A stretch of DNA of 64,000 nt. It comes from a virus. Lineage: Duplodnaviria; Caudoviricetes. Position numbers and translations under genes: made by a program. Under the pieces are notes generated by a model that ran no database searches, was not told the origin of the DNA, and saw only the letters and a list, made by a program, of their open reading frames with translations. Of this stretch, positions 41,801 through 53,500 are shown piece after piece. The stretch lies in the IMG/VR virus record IMGVR_UViG_3300017912_001273, positions 32,102 to 96,101 of that record; one strand, written 5' to 3'. The number at the start of each line of letters is the position of its first letter. Within the stretch, counting starts at the first letter, position 1.

Positions 41801-44565
41801 AGTATGACATCAGGAGATGTTGCCATGTCTCTTGTCATATATTCTGTACCATTAATATCAGGAGCAATCTTCATAAGCTCATCTAGATCTTCCATAGTAA
41901 ATACACTTCCTTCTCCTCCAAAGTCTCTACCAGATCTAGTTTTTATAATCTCTTTTACATAGTTATCAATTGCTGTATCTATTAATCCAGGCTGATTTGT
42001 ACTACCTCCACTTAGTTTATTTAGTTCTAGTTGTAAAGAAAGCACTAAGGATCTTTGTGTAGCATTTAATTCTTTTGAGTCTGCAATAGCATAAAGTCCC
42101 TCAAAGGTTTTAATAAATCTATCAAAGTTAAGAGCATAGGTAATATACTCTGACTTACCAAAGTTTTTAGGATCTTGTATATAGTCAGAAAAAGATCTAA
42201 CTTGTTTTAAAGCATCTCTTAATAATGATGAGTAAGCTTGAGATCTAGAAATAGGACCCTCACTTATTGCAATACCTATGTATGCTAACGTACTTGCAAT
42301 ATTTTCTTGAGTTTGTTCCTTTGTTCTATCCATAAAAATACTACTCTTAATTTGCTCAAGAGCTTTCTTCCTATCTAATAAACCAATTCTATAGTTTTCT
42401 AGAGCACCTAAGATTGTATTGTATTCAGGATATTCATTTGGATCAATAGAGTCTGCAACAAACTCATCTTCTTGGAATTCTTTTTCTCCTTTGTAAATTG
42501 CATCTTCTGCATTTTCAATAGCACTCTCTAATTTCTCTGACTCAACATTATCTGTAATTCTTGGTACAAGCTTGTCAACATAAAGAGCATTCTGAGAAGC
42601 TGGATGATCTACCCATTGATCTGCTTTTATGTTACCATCAAACTTTTGATTTTTACCCTTACCAGTAATGCCGGCTACAAAGTGTATTGTAGATGCAGCA
42701 TAGTCTCCATCATATACAGTATAACCCATGTTCTCAAACATTCTCCTGTATAAGTTGACTTGTAAGTTGTGTTGACCTCTTGTAGATAATGTATCAACAC
42801 CAGCTTGTTTTAGTAAGCTATCCTCTGAAAGGTCCCACTCTTTATCATATAACTTCTTTTGTCTTCTGCCAGATATAGTATCTGTATAAGACAATGTTTT
42901 TAATGAATTCTTTGTAGTCTTAAGATCTACTATTTTTATCTTACCATTCTTATCTATAATTACTAAGTCTGCTGTACCTGCAAGTTTTGTAGCTTCATCA
43001 AATACTACAACCTGTGACAAAGCAACAGATCCCTCTGGCATTATATTAGCAAGAGTTGTAGAAAGATTGTTATAAGTTTCTTTAGCTGTTTCTTCACTAA
43101 GGATTTTCATCTCAGGAATAACATCTTCTAGTTTTCTATGTGTTACTATAGCATCTAGCAATGCATCTACATCATTACCTATATCTAAATTAAGCTGAAC
43201 ATCTTCTTGATTCTTAAGCTCACCTTTGATAGCAGTTGTTACTGATGTATATATTTCACCATTAGTAATATCTACATATGTATGATTCTCTTCATTAAGA
43301 GTAACAATTGTACCTGATGACGTATCATTTAAGTTAGCTGACAAAGAATCAATCTCTTGCTCACTTGCTCTTGCTTGGAAAAATAGTCTGTCTATAATCT
43401 CTGCCTGTAATCCGTTTGCCTCAGCAAGAGCTGCATCAACAACTCTTTTCTTTTCAGGGCTTAAGCTATATCTTACTTTACCATTTACTCTACTCTCAAG
43501 TTTAAATTGTATTCCTTCTGTATTAAGAAGTTTGGCAATATCACTCATACTTGTATTAGCATTTATCTCTGATACAGGTATAGCTCTACCAGTAAGGTAT
43601 TCATTTAAGTTGTTTATTATATTCCTAAACCACTCAAGTACCTCCTTAACTCTATCTAAGAATCTTTTGGTTGGTTGGTTCTCATACTCTTTATTAAAGT
43701 GTCTAGATAAAGCCTGTGTTACAATTTCTAAATCTCTTTCTACATCATTAAAACTTCTCTCCTCATTATAAGAATCTTCAATTTCTTGAACCATCTCTGG
43801 AAAGTTGCTTCTTGCTTCTGCTAGTAAACTATTAAATAATCCTTCATTATCTATTTTAATTGCATCTACAAAAGGGTGTAACATTTCTTCTATTGCTACT
43901 TCATCAGTTACTCTTCCTTTTATTAAGTATGCTACACCATCTACATAAAAAGACCTCATCTGATCAAATGGCACATTGTTTTTCTTCCACTCAGGAAAGC
44001 CTTCGTACATTTGTCTTGCTTGACTTACAGATAACATTTGTACATTTATCTGTGGGAACATTCTTTTAAGATGCATTACAACAGCTCTAGCTCTTGGGGT
44101 ATCCCATGATCTAGAAGACTCTATCATATCTTTAGCTGAAAACATATCTTCATTTACAGTAACTCTATATGTTTTTGCTGTTCTTTCTAGTGTAACTCTA
44201 TTTTCTGGTATATTATTTATATGCAAATATCTCTTGAGTCTTTTTAGATTAGATGCTAAATACATCTCATCATATTCTCTTGTAGTTGGGTTTGAGTTAT
44301 TAACATAAAAGCTACCCTGATAACTATGTCCAATTCTTTCTCTACGCAAGTTGTTTAGCAATGCATCACCAAACTGTCTTTGTCTTAATGAAAAGGCAAG
44401 TTTTTGATTACTAACAAAGTCTTGTGCTTCTAAAACTGTAGGAAATGTATCTACATTGTTGAGTTTCTGCCAGTTATTTACAACATTAGCAGTATCAACA
44501 TCTGTTTTATACACATCTTTTAGTGCTTTGTATTCCGGTAAATTTACATTTAAACACGTAGCCAT
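38881..44565 (-). CDS. Large virion cargo/ejection protein with a PD-(D/E)XK nuclease domain
   Basis: 1894 aa; LAGTADLVIID...IVDLKT...LQVNLY; degenerate zincin EEMLH; hydrophobic segments near the C-terminus; downstream of the vRNAP gene. Confidence 0.7.
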   Translation of the reverse strand: MATCLNVNLPEYKALKDVYKTDVDTANVVNNWQKLNNVDTFPTVLEAQDFVSNQKLAFSLRQRQFGDALLNNLRRERIGHSYQGSFYVNNSNPTTREYDEMYLASNLKRLKRYLHINNIPENRVTLERTAKTYRVTVNEDMFSAKDMIESSRSWDTPRARAVVMHLKRMFPQINVQMLSVSQARQMYEGFPEWKKNNVPFDQMRSFYVDGVAYLIKGRVTDEVAIEEMLHPFVDAIKIDNEGLFNSLLAEARSNFPEMVQEIEDSYNEERSFNDVERDLEIVTQALSRHFNKEYENQPTKRFLDRVKEVLEWFRNIINNLNEYLTGRAIPVSEINANTSMSDIAKLLNTEGIQFKLESRVNGKVRYSLSPEKKRVVDAALAEANGLQAEIIDRLFFQARASEQEIDSLSANLNDTSSGTIVTLNEENHTYVDITNGEIYTSVTTAIKGELKNQEDVQLNLDIGNDVDALLDAIVTHRKLEDVIPEMKILSEETAKETYNNLSTTLANIMPEGSVALSQVVVFDEATKLAGTADLVIIDKNGKIKIVDLKTTKNSLKTLSYTDTISGRRQKKLYDKEWDLSEDSLLKQAGVDTLSTRGQHNLQVNLYRRMFENMGYTVYDGDYAASTIHFVAGITGKGKNQKFDGNIKADQWVDHPASQNALYVDKLVPRITDNVESEKLESAIENAEDAIYKGEKEFQEDEFVADSIDPNEYPEYNTILGALENYRIGLLDRKKALEQIKSSIFMDRTKEQTQENIASTLAYIGIAISEGPISRSQAYSSLLRDALKQVRSFSDYIQDPKNFGKSEYITYALNFDRFIKTFEGLYAIADSKELNATQRSLVLSLQLELNKLSGGSTNQPGLIDTAIDNYVKEIIKTRSGRDFGGEGSVFTMEDLDELMKIAPDINGTEYMTRDMATSPDVILALMDKIYKAKKQELLDRIGDREALIRAAGAKLLKLSSESDVEKLYDFMLERDSEGNFTGFYTQKIGQQYYNLQQELRNELYDNDGHPYEYRDIKNLDEASEEDIKYNKALAEKKSRLSEFFRAETKDENGDLADGEYHRYTDEFKAERDKFEFWVPGSEASPHGTWYRKPRISDRDYAIYEAKYYDFIGYTKAVRVNGQPTGAIVKDQTFRSPKPEYREAREITSKGQDMRNAKYVEIMTPTDALGQAKKEFYELFIDLYENDLLNKLPVGVRTQMLGRVPLVKNNVIDDLKGKPNLVTKLYAKTIGSNAWNMFKQTSQQKGVVTDENGNMISTLPIFYTGRPKVDGEMEVVEKEISNLQAEFKKGRIVKEKYDKELAILNGKMSRLRATPSLGQISTDMTTSLLKFSAMAQNYETMGTIEDTLNAMIKVLENREYTPADTSIETGKWLDGQFKKIGKKKGEGVEANVVRRAKKFMSMVYYDNELVSKGFFDKLADGLIQLSSLSYVAFNPFGNFNNYVIGRINNNIELLGGRFFGKAAFMRASLEFNKRAIPDLVKRTSYNTTDLADIATLGVIPGLNKSDYDPKKPNSKYEAFVDLFRMMDKMSDIREQSASTTGEKSWFARAAEWGYVLQDSAEYNVQTKVGMALLMDTTIKNSTTGETLSLYDAFDYDAKTHKNVLKEGYDTIVKKNGTEVEYTDQFRYELRNQIREVNKQIHGNYAREDRMVMQSTTIGNLAAQFHKWVAPAIRARYQREYFDENLGWMEGRYISFLKFLSYMKNEISKGNLQMSSYGKGFLKEYGFTGEGGNRDQRAKNKLFGFYRTMGEIGIMSSVFLLSQILNSILAGEDDDDEVTKRFKNMAKYQADRTYKELIMFTPLPPGLQQQFQMLKSPIASTRTLGEIGEALSLTVMTPLAYMVQSEKDFYANSEYVYQNKPRKGELKVYKNWKDAVPILYTIQKWDAYLNMEDFFIK

Positions 44566-44571
44566 AACTTA

Positions 44572-47500
44572 TTATTTTAATATACAAGACTTAATAAAGT
44601 CTAAATATTGTTCTGTATCATCATAAACGCCTTCTTCATATTTTCCTATAAAGTCTTCTAAAGATAATATTTTTTGAGCTCTTAGCAATCTCATTGCATC
44701 TTTATTTCCTTGGATGTTTGCATCCCAAAAATCTGCTATCTCTGGATATTGCTCATCTATTTCAGTTTCAAAATCAAGCATAAGTTGTTCTTCAACTTGA
44801 CTGACTTCTGGTAATGACTGATCAACATCATCAATAACATTGGCCTCTGCCTCACCTCTATCTTGTGCTTCAGTATCCATGCCAAGTTGTTCAAGTAATG
44901 CTGCTGTATTAGCTAAGTTTACAGCTTCTGCTTCAGGATCTAATTGTACTTCTACTGAACTTTCCGTTGCTTCAATATTACTGTTATCATTTTTAAGAAC
45001 CTGCTCTTGAATACCTTTGGTTTCATCAATAGCAATGCTGTCTGTTATATCTTTTACAGAAGTATCTTGGTTCTTCTTTTTTACATAGTCTCTTACACTC
45101 TTATAAGTAGGTCTATCACCAAACATAAACCCAATAGCAGTTTGTTGATTTGATCCCATAGTCTCTACAACCTCATAGTTATTTGATTCCTGTATTCTAC
45201 CATAGGTTTTATAATTTGTAACACCTGATAAAATATTTGTAACACCCACTCTTAAATATTTTGGTGAGTTTTCTATTCCCATTCTTTCCCAAGCTACAGT
45301 TACAACATCATCTTTTATTGATACACCTTGAGGTAAACTACCAGTAACTTCATTACGTACAAACGTGTATAACTTTGCACCAGAAACATTAGACAAAAGA
45401 TATCCATTCTCAAACTCTTGTTGTAATTCTTCTTGGCTCATACCAAATACAGACTCAAAACTTGCTTCACCTCTTAGAGCCTTTTCTACACTGTTAATTT
45501 GATCAAGGTAATTACCTATAACAAAAGGACTGATAGCTTCTAAAAGTGATGCATATTTAACTTGCAATCCATCTTTAACCATTATATAGTTTACAATTGA
45601 CATTGCATCATTCTTAGTTTTTACTGAGCCAAATAGTTTTGCAAAGTCACTTTGTAAGTCAACTTTTTGTGCAGCTGATAGATTTCTAAAGGTATTTGCA
45701 TTTGCAAGATTAAGACCTGTTTGGTTATCAACTTCATTAGCACGCAGGCTAATTATAAAGTTGTCTAGGAAGAAGTTGTTTGCACCTTCTTCTGTACCCT
45801 TTAATCTATTTATTATATCATTTATAGATTCATAGTCTGTTGGATATAATATATCATTACTTAGTGTAGCAACTCTCTGTTGATCATTTTCTAATTGATT
45901 TTGTTGGTATGCTTTTATTGTTAAGTAAGACAATAGATCTGTAGAAATACTTTCTATTACCTCTTCATTAAAACTAATACGTCTAGTATCCATATTATCT
46001 AAAACGCTTGATAATATATCATTAAAAGTTGCACTTGCAGTTAAGAATGTTGCAGGTAATAAATCATCTGTAATCTGATAGAATATTTTTAAGTATTGAT
46101 TTTGCCAAGTCTTACCTTTATATATAGGAGATAAATCCATAGGTACATCTTGAGCAAATAGTGATTTTATATTAGTAGATTTTTCTCTTATAGCAACCAT
46201 ATTTTTACCTAAACCTTTAGATAAACTTGTAACAGCTCCCATCTTATCAGTATAATTTTTAATTGTCAATACTTGGCTAAATAATGAAAGAACACCTTTA
46301 AGTTCTCCTGCACTTTCATCCTGTGGATTATCTATAACATCTAACAAGAATCTATCATTGACAGGCTCTGCCTTAACTTCTTTCTTAATCTCTGCAAGTT
46401 TGTTTCTTACTAAAGTATCCATACCAGGATCAAGCTTATCTTTTTTATTAAGAGCTTCTGAGTATAAATCTTGTATGACTGGATGATTAATTAATAATAT
46501 AGAAGTTTGTATAGGTACACCTAATGCTGTCAAGTTAGCAACAACACCCATTGCATGTCTATTTAATCCTAGCTTAGCAACAAGCCTATCTTTTGCATTA
46601 TCTGTTGCCATAGTAATTAGTGCTGATAATGTATCTTGTTTTCTTTGACCATTATCATCTAGCGTTCTACCAAAGTCATTATATGATTTACCATTAATGC
46701 TAATACTTTCATTCAGTTTAATGTTGTACTCAGTTAATAAACTTAAATATAAGTTAGGTAATACAATAGCACCAATAGAAGCACCCTTGTTAGCTCTAAA
46801 TGCTTTTATCTTACCTGATAAATTATCTACATCAACGTTATCTTCTTGAACTCTTTCAGCAAAAACTTCAGACTGACTTGCTAAGAAGTCAAGGGTATCT
46901 GTAAGCACATCTGTTGTTGCTGGTTGATATGATATAGGATTACTTCCTTCTGTAACACCACGGTTGCCCATAAGTGCATATCTATAGTCAAGTACATCAT
47001 TATTCATAGGTGCCTCATATGGCTCTCCATGTTTAGCTACATACTCCCCATACTGTTTTTGTGTAATAGGTAGGCCAAGAATCTTTAATGCATTTAATGC
47101 ATTTTCTGATAAACCTGCATCAGTTGCAATATCTTGCTCAACATCATCAACTGAGTTTTGAATTCTTGCAGCTCCTTCTCTATTATTATAGATACCTAAT
47201 GCTTCTGAGTACTGAGTTCCTTTTTGTTCTACTTTGTTATTTACATATTGTACATACTCACTATATTTTTCACTTACATTTTTACCTTTACCATACTCAA
47301 TAAACTGATCATCTTTTACATAGAACTCTTTTATCTGTGCAAATACTTTATCAATATCAAAGTCAGCACCTGATATTTCTATTAGCTCTTCTGCAAACAT
47401 TGCTGATGATCCAAAATATACTGGTAAAAAGTCAACCATCTTCATATTTACTGTAGAATGATTATCTTGTGATGGTATTCTCACACCAAACATTTTAGCT

Positions 47501-50500
47501 ACTACATCAGGAATAGGTGCATCAGTATCTTGTATTAAGTCCATAACCTCTTTTTGGTGAGCTGGCATCATCATCTCAGTATATCTTTGCCCTGTAGGTT
47601 TTCCTTGTGCATCATACTCTATAAGGCCAGATCTTAATCTATCTAATACAATCACACCTTCTTTAGGTATATTGTTATTTGTAAGATCTTCTATGTTGGA
47701 AAGCTCAGGCTTATTAGCCATTCTTTCCCAAACATCTTGTCTTATGACTTCTGATCTTACTGGTACTCCCTTTTCATCTATTTCAAATACTCTTCTATAT
47801 ACACTATTACCAAAGTCAGAAACAAGAGTTAATGAAACACCTGGCGTTCTTTCAGATAATACACCTCTACTAAAGTAACTAAAAAACAACTGCTCAAACT
47901 TCTTAATAGTAATAGGGTTATTAAGATTGTAATTTTGAACACCATCCGTAGTAGAAAAGAACTCTAATAAATTACTACTAGCTTGTGATGCTTTTAATCC
48001 AGCAACTGCATAGTTTAAGAATGCAGAAAGATTTGGAGTAATAGCCCCTTCTTGTTTAGATACTCTAAACTCATCAAGAGCGGTATTCAAACTGAAGATT
48101 AAATTTCTTTTGTTTTTATATTTTAGTACAACTCTTCTTGAGACAGCATCATTATATGCTTGTCTGATTTCTCCAACAGTCATGTTAAGTCCATCAACAA
48201 ACACATCATCTTTTTGCTCTGATGTTGCAATTTCTTTTATCTGTGTAGGATCTACTATTTCTAACTTATTAGATGGATTCAGAACTTGTAATCCCATAAA
48301 TCTTGCATCTAGTGTAGTATGACCATTACTAAATGGACTATCTGTTTTAAGGTCATCAAGAGAGTTGATACGTTGCTTTTTCATTTTAATTGCACTCAAT
48401 GGAGCTGCAATACTTATAGTGTCTTTTGTATCCTCAATTGCCTCAAGCTTTACTCTTAGATTATGAAGTGCTACTCTATTAGGTTTAGCAACCCATTTAG
48501 AACCATCCCAGTTTGAAGTATAGTCAGGTGTAAGCACAAAAGCAGACATCTTTAAGAATGTACTGCCATCACCATAAACAAGCTTTTTAGAGTTAAGCAT
48601 AGCCTGCATTTTGGCTAAACCTTCAGGTGATTCAGCGGTACCAAATATTCTATCAGAGCTAATTGGTATACCATTTTCTACATCTGTTATCAGCTTTGCT
48701 TGTGCTGGACTTAACTTACCAAAACCAAAGAACATATATCTAAATGCTTTAGTAGTAATATACATTTGTGCATCTGCAACATCTATATTACCAGACTTAG
48801 GCTCTTCTAATGTAACTAAACTAATATCTTCTACTGGATGAGTTACACCTAGTTCAGGAGCAGTAATAGCACTATACGCACTATAGTATGATGCATTTTG
48901 CATCTTAGCTCTTTTAACTTGATCAACAGAATCTTTTAGAGATACAGCCTGATCACCAAGCAGTATTTCATTTATTGCATTACTATTAATCCAATCATTA
49001 AAGAATATCTGCTTTAGGTTATGTGTCTCATCAAAATTTAGGTTCAGTGCCTTTGCAGATGCTATAGTATTCTTTCTAGATACACCTTGTGCAACAACTA
49101 AACCATCTGTTATGTTTTTAGATATTTGATCTTTTATCTTAAGTTCTGTAATTAGTTCTTGGAACTCATTAAATTGTATTTCTAAATTATCTACAACTTC
49201 TTTTCTTAGTTGTGTCATAGTAATACCTGCAAACTTTAGTGACTCATCAAGAGTTATAGGATTACCATCTTTACCTTGTGATACTGCAATACCTTCTAAT
49301 TTTGTTTTAGTTTCATTACTTAATAAAAGTCTAGTATTATGTAGTTTGTAAGCTCTACCATCAATACTATTATAACCAAGTATCTCTTCACCAGTAAGTG
49401 TTGCTTCATTTGATTCTCTATTTATTCTTGAGAATTCAGTTCTAATTTGATTTACATAAACATCTACAGCTTCTTCTGTTAATACTGCCTTACCATTTAC
49501 AAGCTCAACAGCTTTAATTACAGGTAGATTAATCATATCTCCTGTATTAGATGCTTCCATAACTCTAATTAATACAGGAGCTAGTGCCGTGACAATAGCT
49601 TTACCCTCTTCATCTAAGCTTTCTACAGTTTGTACTCTATTACTTTTTGTATTGAATAAAGCAGTGTAATTATTTATAATACTAAGTGCAAACTCTTGTG
49701 GAGTAAAATCACCATATGTAGATGTTGATGTAACACCAGATATATTATCATTAATATCAGACTCACTCTGTAATGACTGTCCTACTTTACTACCAGCAAC
49801 TCTAGTTACTTTTAGTCTATTCTCTTCAGACATTTTATTAAAAGCACTATTATTAAGCAGGTAATTATTGTCCATATATGGATCAGAGTCTTTAATTTTT
49901 TCTAACTCAACCTGGTTATTTAATGATGCTACTTTTTTAAGATGGTATGTAGGCAGCTGATGTGCATATACCAAATCACCATTTGGATTTTTAAATACTG
50001 ATGCACCAATTGTTTCATCAAAAGGAGCATTATTTATACTCATTACTTTTAGTCTTGAGCTCATTCCTGAGTCATCTGTTGCAAAAATATTCTGATCTTG
50101 TTGCAGTAATAAGTTTAACTGATTTACATCATCTACAGATAAAGGTGTTTCTTGTGCATATAAATTAACTAATGCTTTTTGTTTTACAGTAAGTTTATTG
50201 GATGGTCTATTAGCCACCATACTAAACTGCAAATACATAGGACTAAGCTTTATACCAACTAAATCAAATAATAACTCTGAGTATTTTTTAGAGTCATTTT
50301 CCATTCTAATGTTAGTAATTGCTTTTTCAGATACTTGTAGATCAGATGATATATCTTCTAATAAGTTCTTTGTTGATCTCTTTCTTTTTGGGTTAGATAC
50401 TAGTTGTTTTCTTTTACTAATAAAAGCTTGGCTCCATCTATCAAGTTGTGAGTTAATATCATCTCTTTCAGATGCACTGTAGATTCTTATATTACCTTGT

Positions 50501-53500
50501 AAATCTCTTTCATTAAATATATAGTCAACTCTAAAGTTTTCAAAACCTTTTAGAATAGACTGTAATAATGGTGCATTTTTCAACTCTACTGGTAATGAAG
50601 CACCAGATAGTAATTCTTCTTCTGATATTCCTACATCTTGTAAAATTCTATTTACAACAGCTCCAGCTTGCGGATTGTCTTGACCAAAGAAGTACATGCT
50701 CTGTAAGATCTTTAATGGATCTTCTATACTTTTTACAGATTTTAATAATCCATTATATGCATCTACAAAGTTGACAGCTACAATTAATTTTTCACCATCA
50801 ACCAGCTCTTCATTACCAAAGTAGTCTGTTGACGCAACAGTTGTTGTTGCAATATAAGCTCTTAATTTAGAAGATAATGATCTAAATCCTCCAATTAGTG
50901 ATGCATCCTTGTCATACTGAGATGTAGTTCTTAGACCTGTATCATCTTGGAATTCATCAACTGTAAATTCTTGATCTACATCTTGATCACTAATAATATT
51001 TAAAAGCTTAACAGTTTCTTCTAATATTTCTTCTGAGTAATCATCAAAAGCTAATTCTATTTCAGATAGTCTTTTCTTTTGTAACTCATCTTTGTTTTGG
51101 TTAGTTGGGTTGTCAGGACTATATAACCAAGCAAAATCATCCATAAGCTCATTTAGAACAGCTTGTGGATTATATGCTCCTTCTATAGCTGCTGTTCTGT
51201 TTAAAAACATTGCTGCTATGCTACGGATCATTGGGTCTGCTATATCACTATCTAAATAAATATAACCAACTTTATCACCTGATCTTTCTGATGCATAAGG
51301 TATCAATGCATTTGCTTCTACACTTATACCTTCTACTAATGGTGCAGTAAACTCATTTGATGCTATTGACGCACCTTTAAATTTACCTGAGTCAATTTTT
51401 TCAAATAATGTTTGTAACTCGTTCTTGTTATATGAACTAAATACAGATCTAATCCAATCCAAAATCCTAGTAAATAAAGACTTGACACTAGCATCTGTCT
51501 TAGTGCTCTTTGGATTTGTCTTAAACTTCTCAAACTCATCTGCCATATACTCTTCATAGTACTCATTCTCAAGTTCCTTTCTGCTCATATTAGTATATGT
51601 ATCAGCAGAGTTTCTAAATCTTTCTAGTTCTTTCTCAAAGCTTTTGCCTTCTGCTCTGAGTTTTGCACGTACTTCTTTTCTAGCAATGCTACGGTACTTT
51701 GCTATATCTTGATCAGATAATAACATTCTAAATACACCGTGGAAAGCCTCATGATATTTAAATGGACTTCTTGCACCTGTATATATTGTACCTGATACTT
51801 TTACATTACCCGCAATATTATTTAAACCAAGAACAAATGCACCTACACGTACACCACCTGCCTTAAGATTATCACCTAAAGTAGCAATGTCTTGTATATC
51901 TATATAGTCTGGTAAGTTATCACTTGCCCATACTGTAAATGCATTTATGTCTTCTATATTTTCATTAGATAGTTCAGCTGGCAATACTTTGTTTGCTTCT
52001 TTCTCAAGTGCCTTCCGTATCTTTAAAAGATCTTGGTACTCTTTATTTTCTCTTAGTACTTTGTTTCTACTTCTACCATCAACTCCTTCAAGTAATTGAG
52101 CTTTTAACTCATCAAGTTGTCTAATAACTTGTGATAGAGAATCTTTTTTCTCAACTGTTTCTGTCTCAGTCTCAATAGTAACTGAACCTTCACCACCACG
52201 TTTAGCAACAGCCAGTGTAATTTCACTAAGCTTTATTCTTTCTACTTGTTTTTCTCTATCATTAAGTTCTTCACCTCTTAGCTTTTTATTTACAATATGC
52301 TCCATAAACTCTGATGGCATATTAACAAAGTCATCAGCTGCATAATCATTAAACTCTTCTTCACTAAGATCTAATATACTTTCTTCAGCTTCTTCAGCAA
52401 TAGTTACTGTTGGCTCTGGTCTTGCAATAGGCTCTACTTTTCTGTCTGTATTTGCATCAACATCTCTTGATGCTTGTATTGCTGCTGAGTCAGCAGTAAG
52501 TCTTAATTTCTGTTGCTTGATAACCTGCGGTGTAACATTAGTGGTTGTTTTACTAATAATTTCTTCTACCGTAGTCCCATCAGGAAATGAGTTTCTGAAG
52601 TTCTTACCACTGATACTTACACCTGATGCTTTGATGTCAGCTTCTTCATTAAATGAATCAATTAATGTTTGCATCTTATCAGATACACTTAAAGATGTGT
52701 CATTAATCTTATCCTTAGATAGCTCTACAGTCTTACCAACTTGCTGCTGGCTTGTCTTATTAAAGAGCTGCATCTGTATTTTACCAAAAGGATTAACTTG
52801 TAATTGTACTGTATATCCAGGGATAGTACTAATAAATAAATTTTCTCCTAACTGTGCATTATATTCACTATTATAAGCTAGATCTTTCTCTTTGCCTTTA
52901 TCATCAAGATTTTCTTTTTGTGTAAGCTGTGCTCTTTCTACCAAGTCTGTAGCTAAACCAGTCAAGTCTTCTGCACTAAACTGCTCTGCCTTTAAGTTTA
53001 CTAAACCATATGTACCATTTGGTAATAATACAGCAGCTACATATCTGTCTGTACCTTCTATCATTTGATTCCATAAACCTTGAGCTTTCAATCCAGCTTC
53101 TACCTGATCTCTTAAAGCACGTGCCTCAGAGCCTTCTAGATTAGTTATTGATTGTTCTGTTCTCTTACCATCCTTGCCTAATTTTAAATCATAAACTAAG
53201 AAGTTACCTTGGTTATCTGCAGACTGATAATTTAAATCTCTTAGAGATCTTGTAGAACTATTATCATAATCCATTACACCGCCCTCTATAATAATAGACA
53301 TACTAAACGGTAAATCATTAGCAGATAAAACAGCTGTAGTTTCTGATGTAATACCTAGGGAGTCAAGTGTAGATACTAATAGTGCATTTAGTGCAAAATT
53401 GTTTTGAGCAAGTTTTAATATATCTGGCTTACTCATCTGTTGACTAAGTGTGTTGCTTACAAATATTGTATTATTAGCTTGATCTCTAGACATGTTTCTA

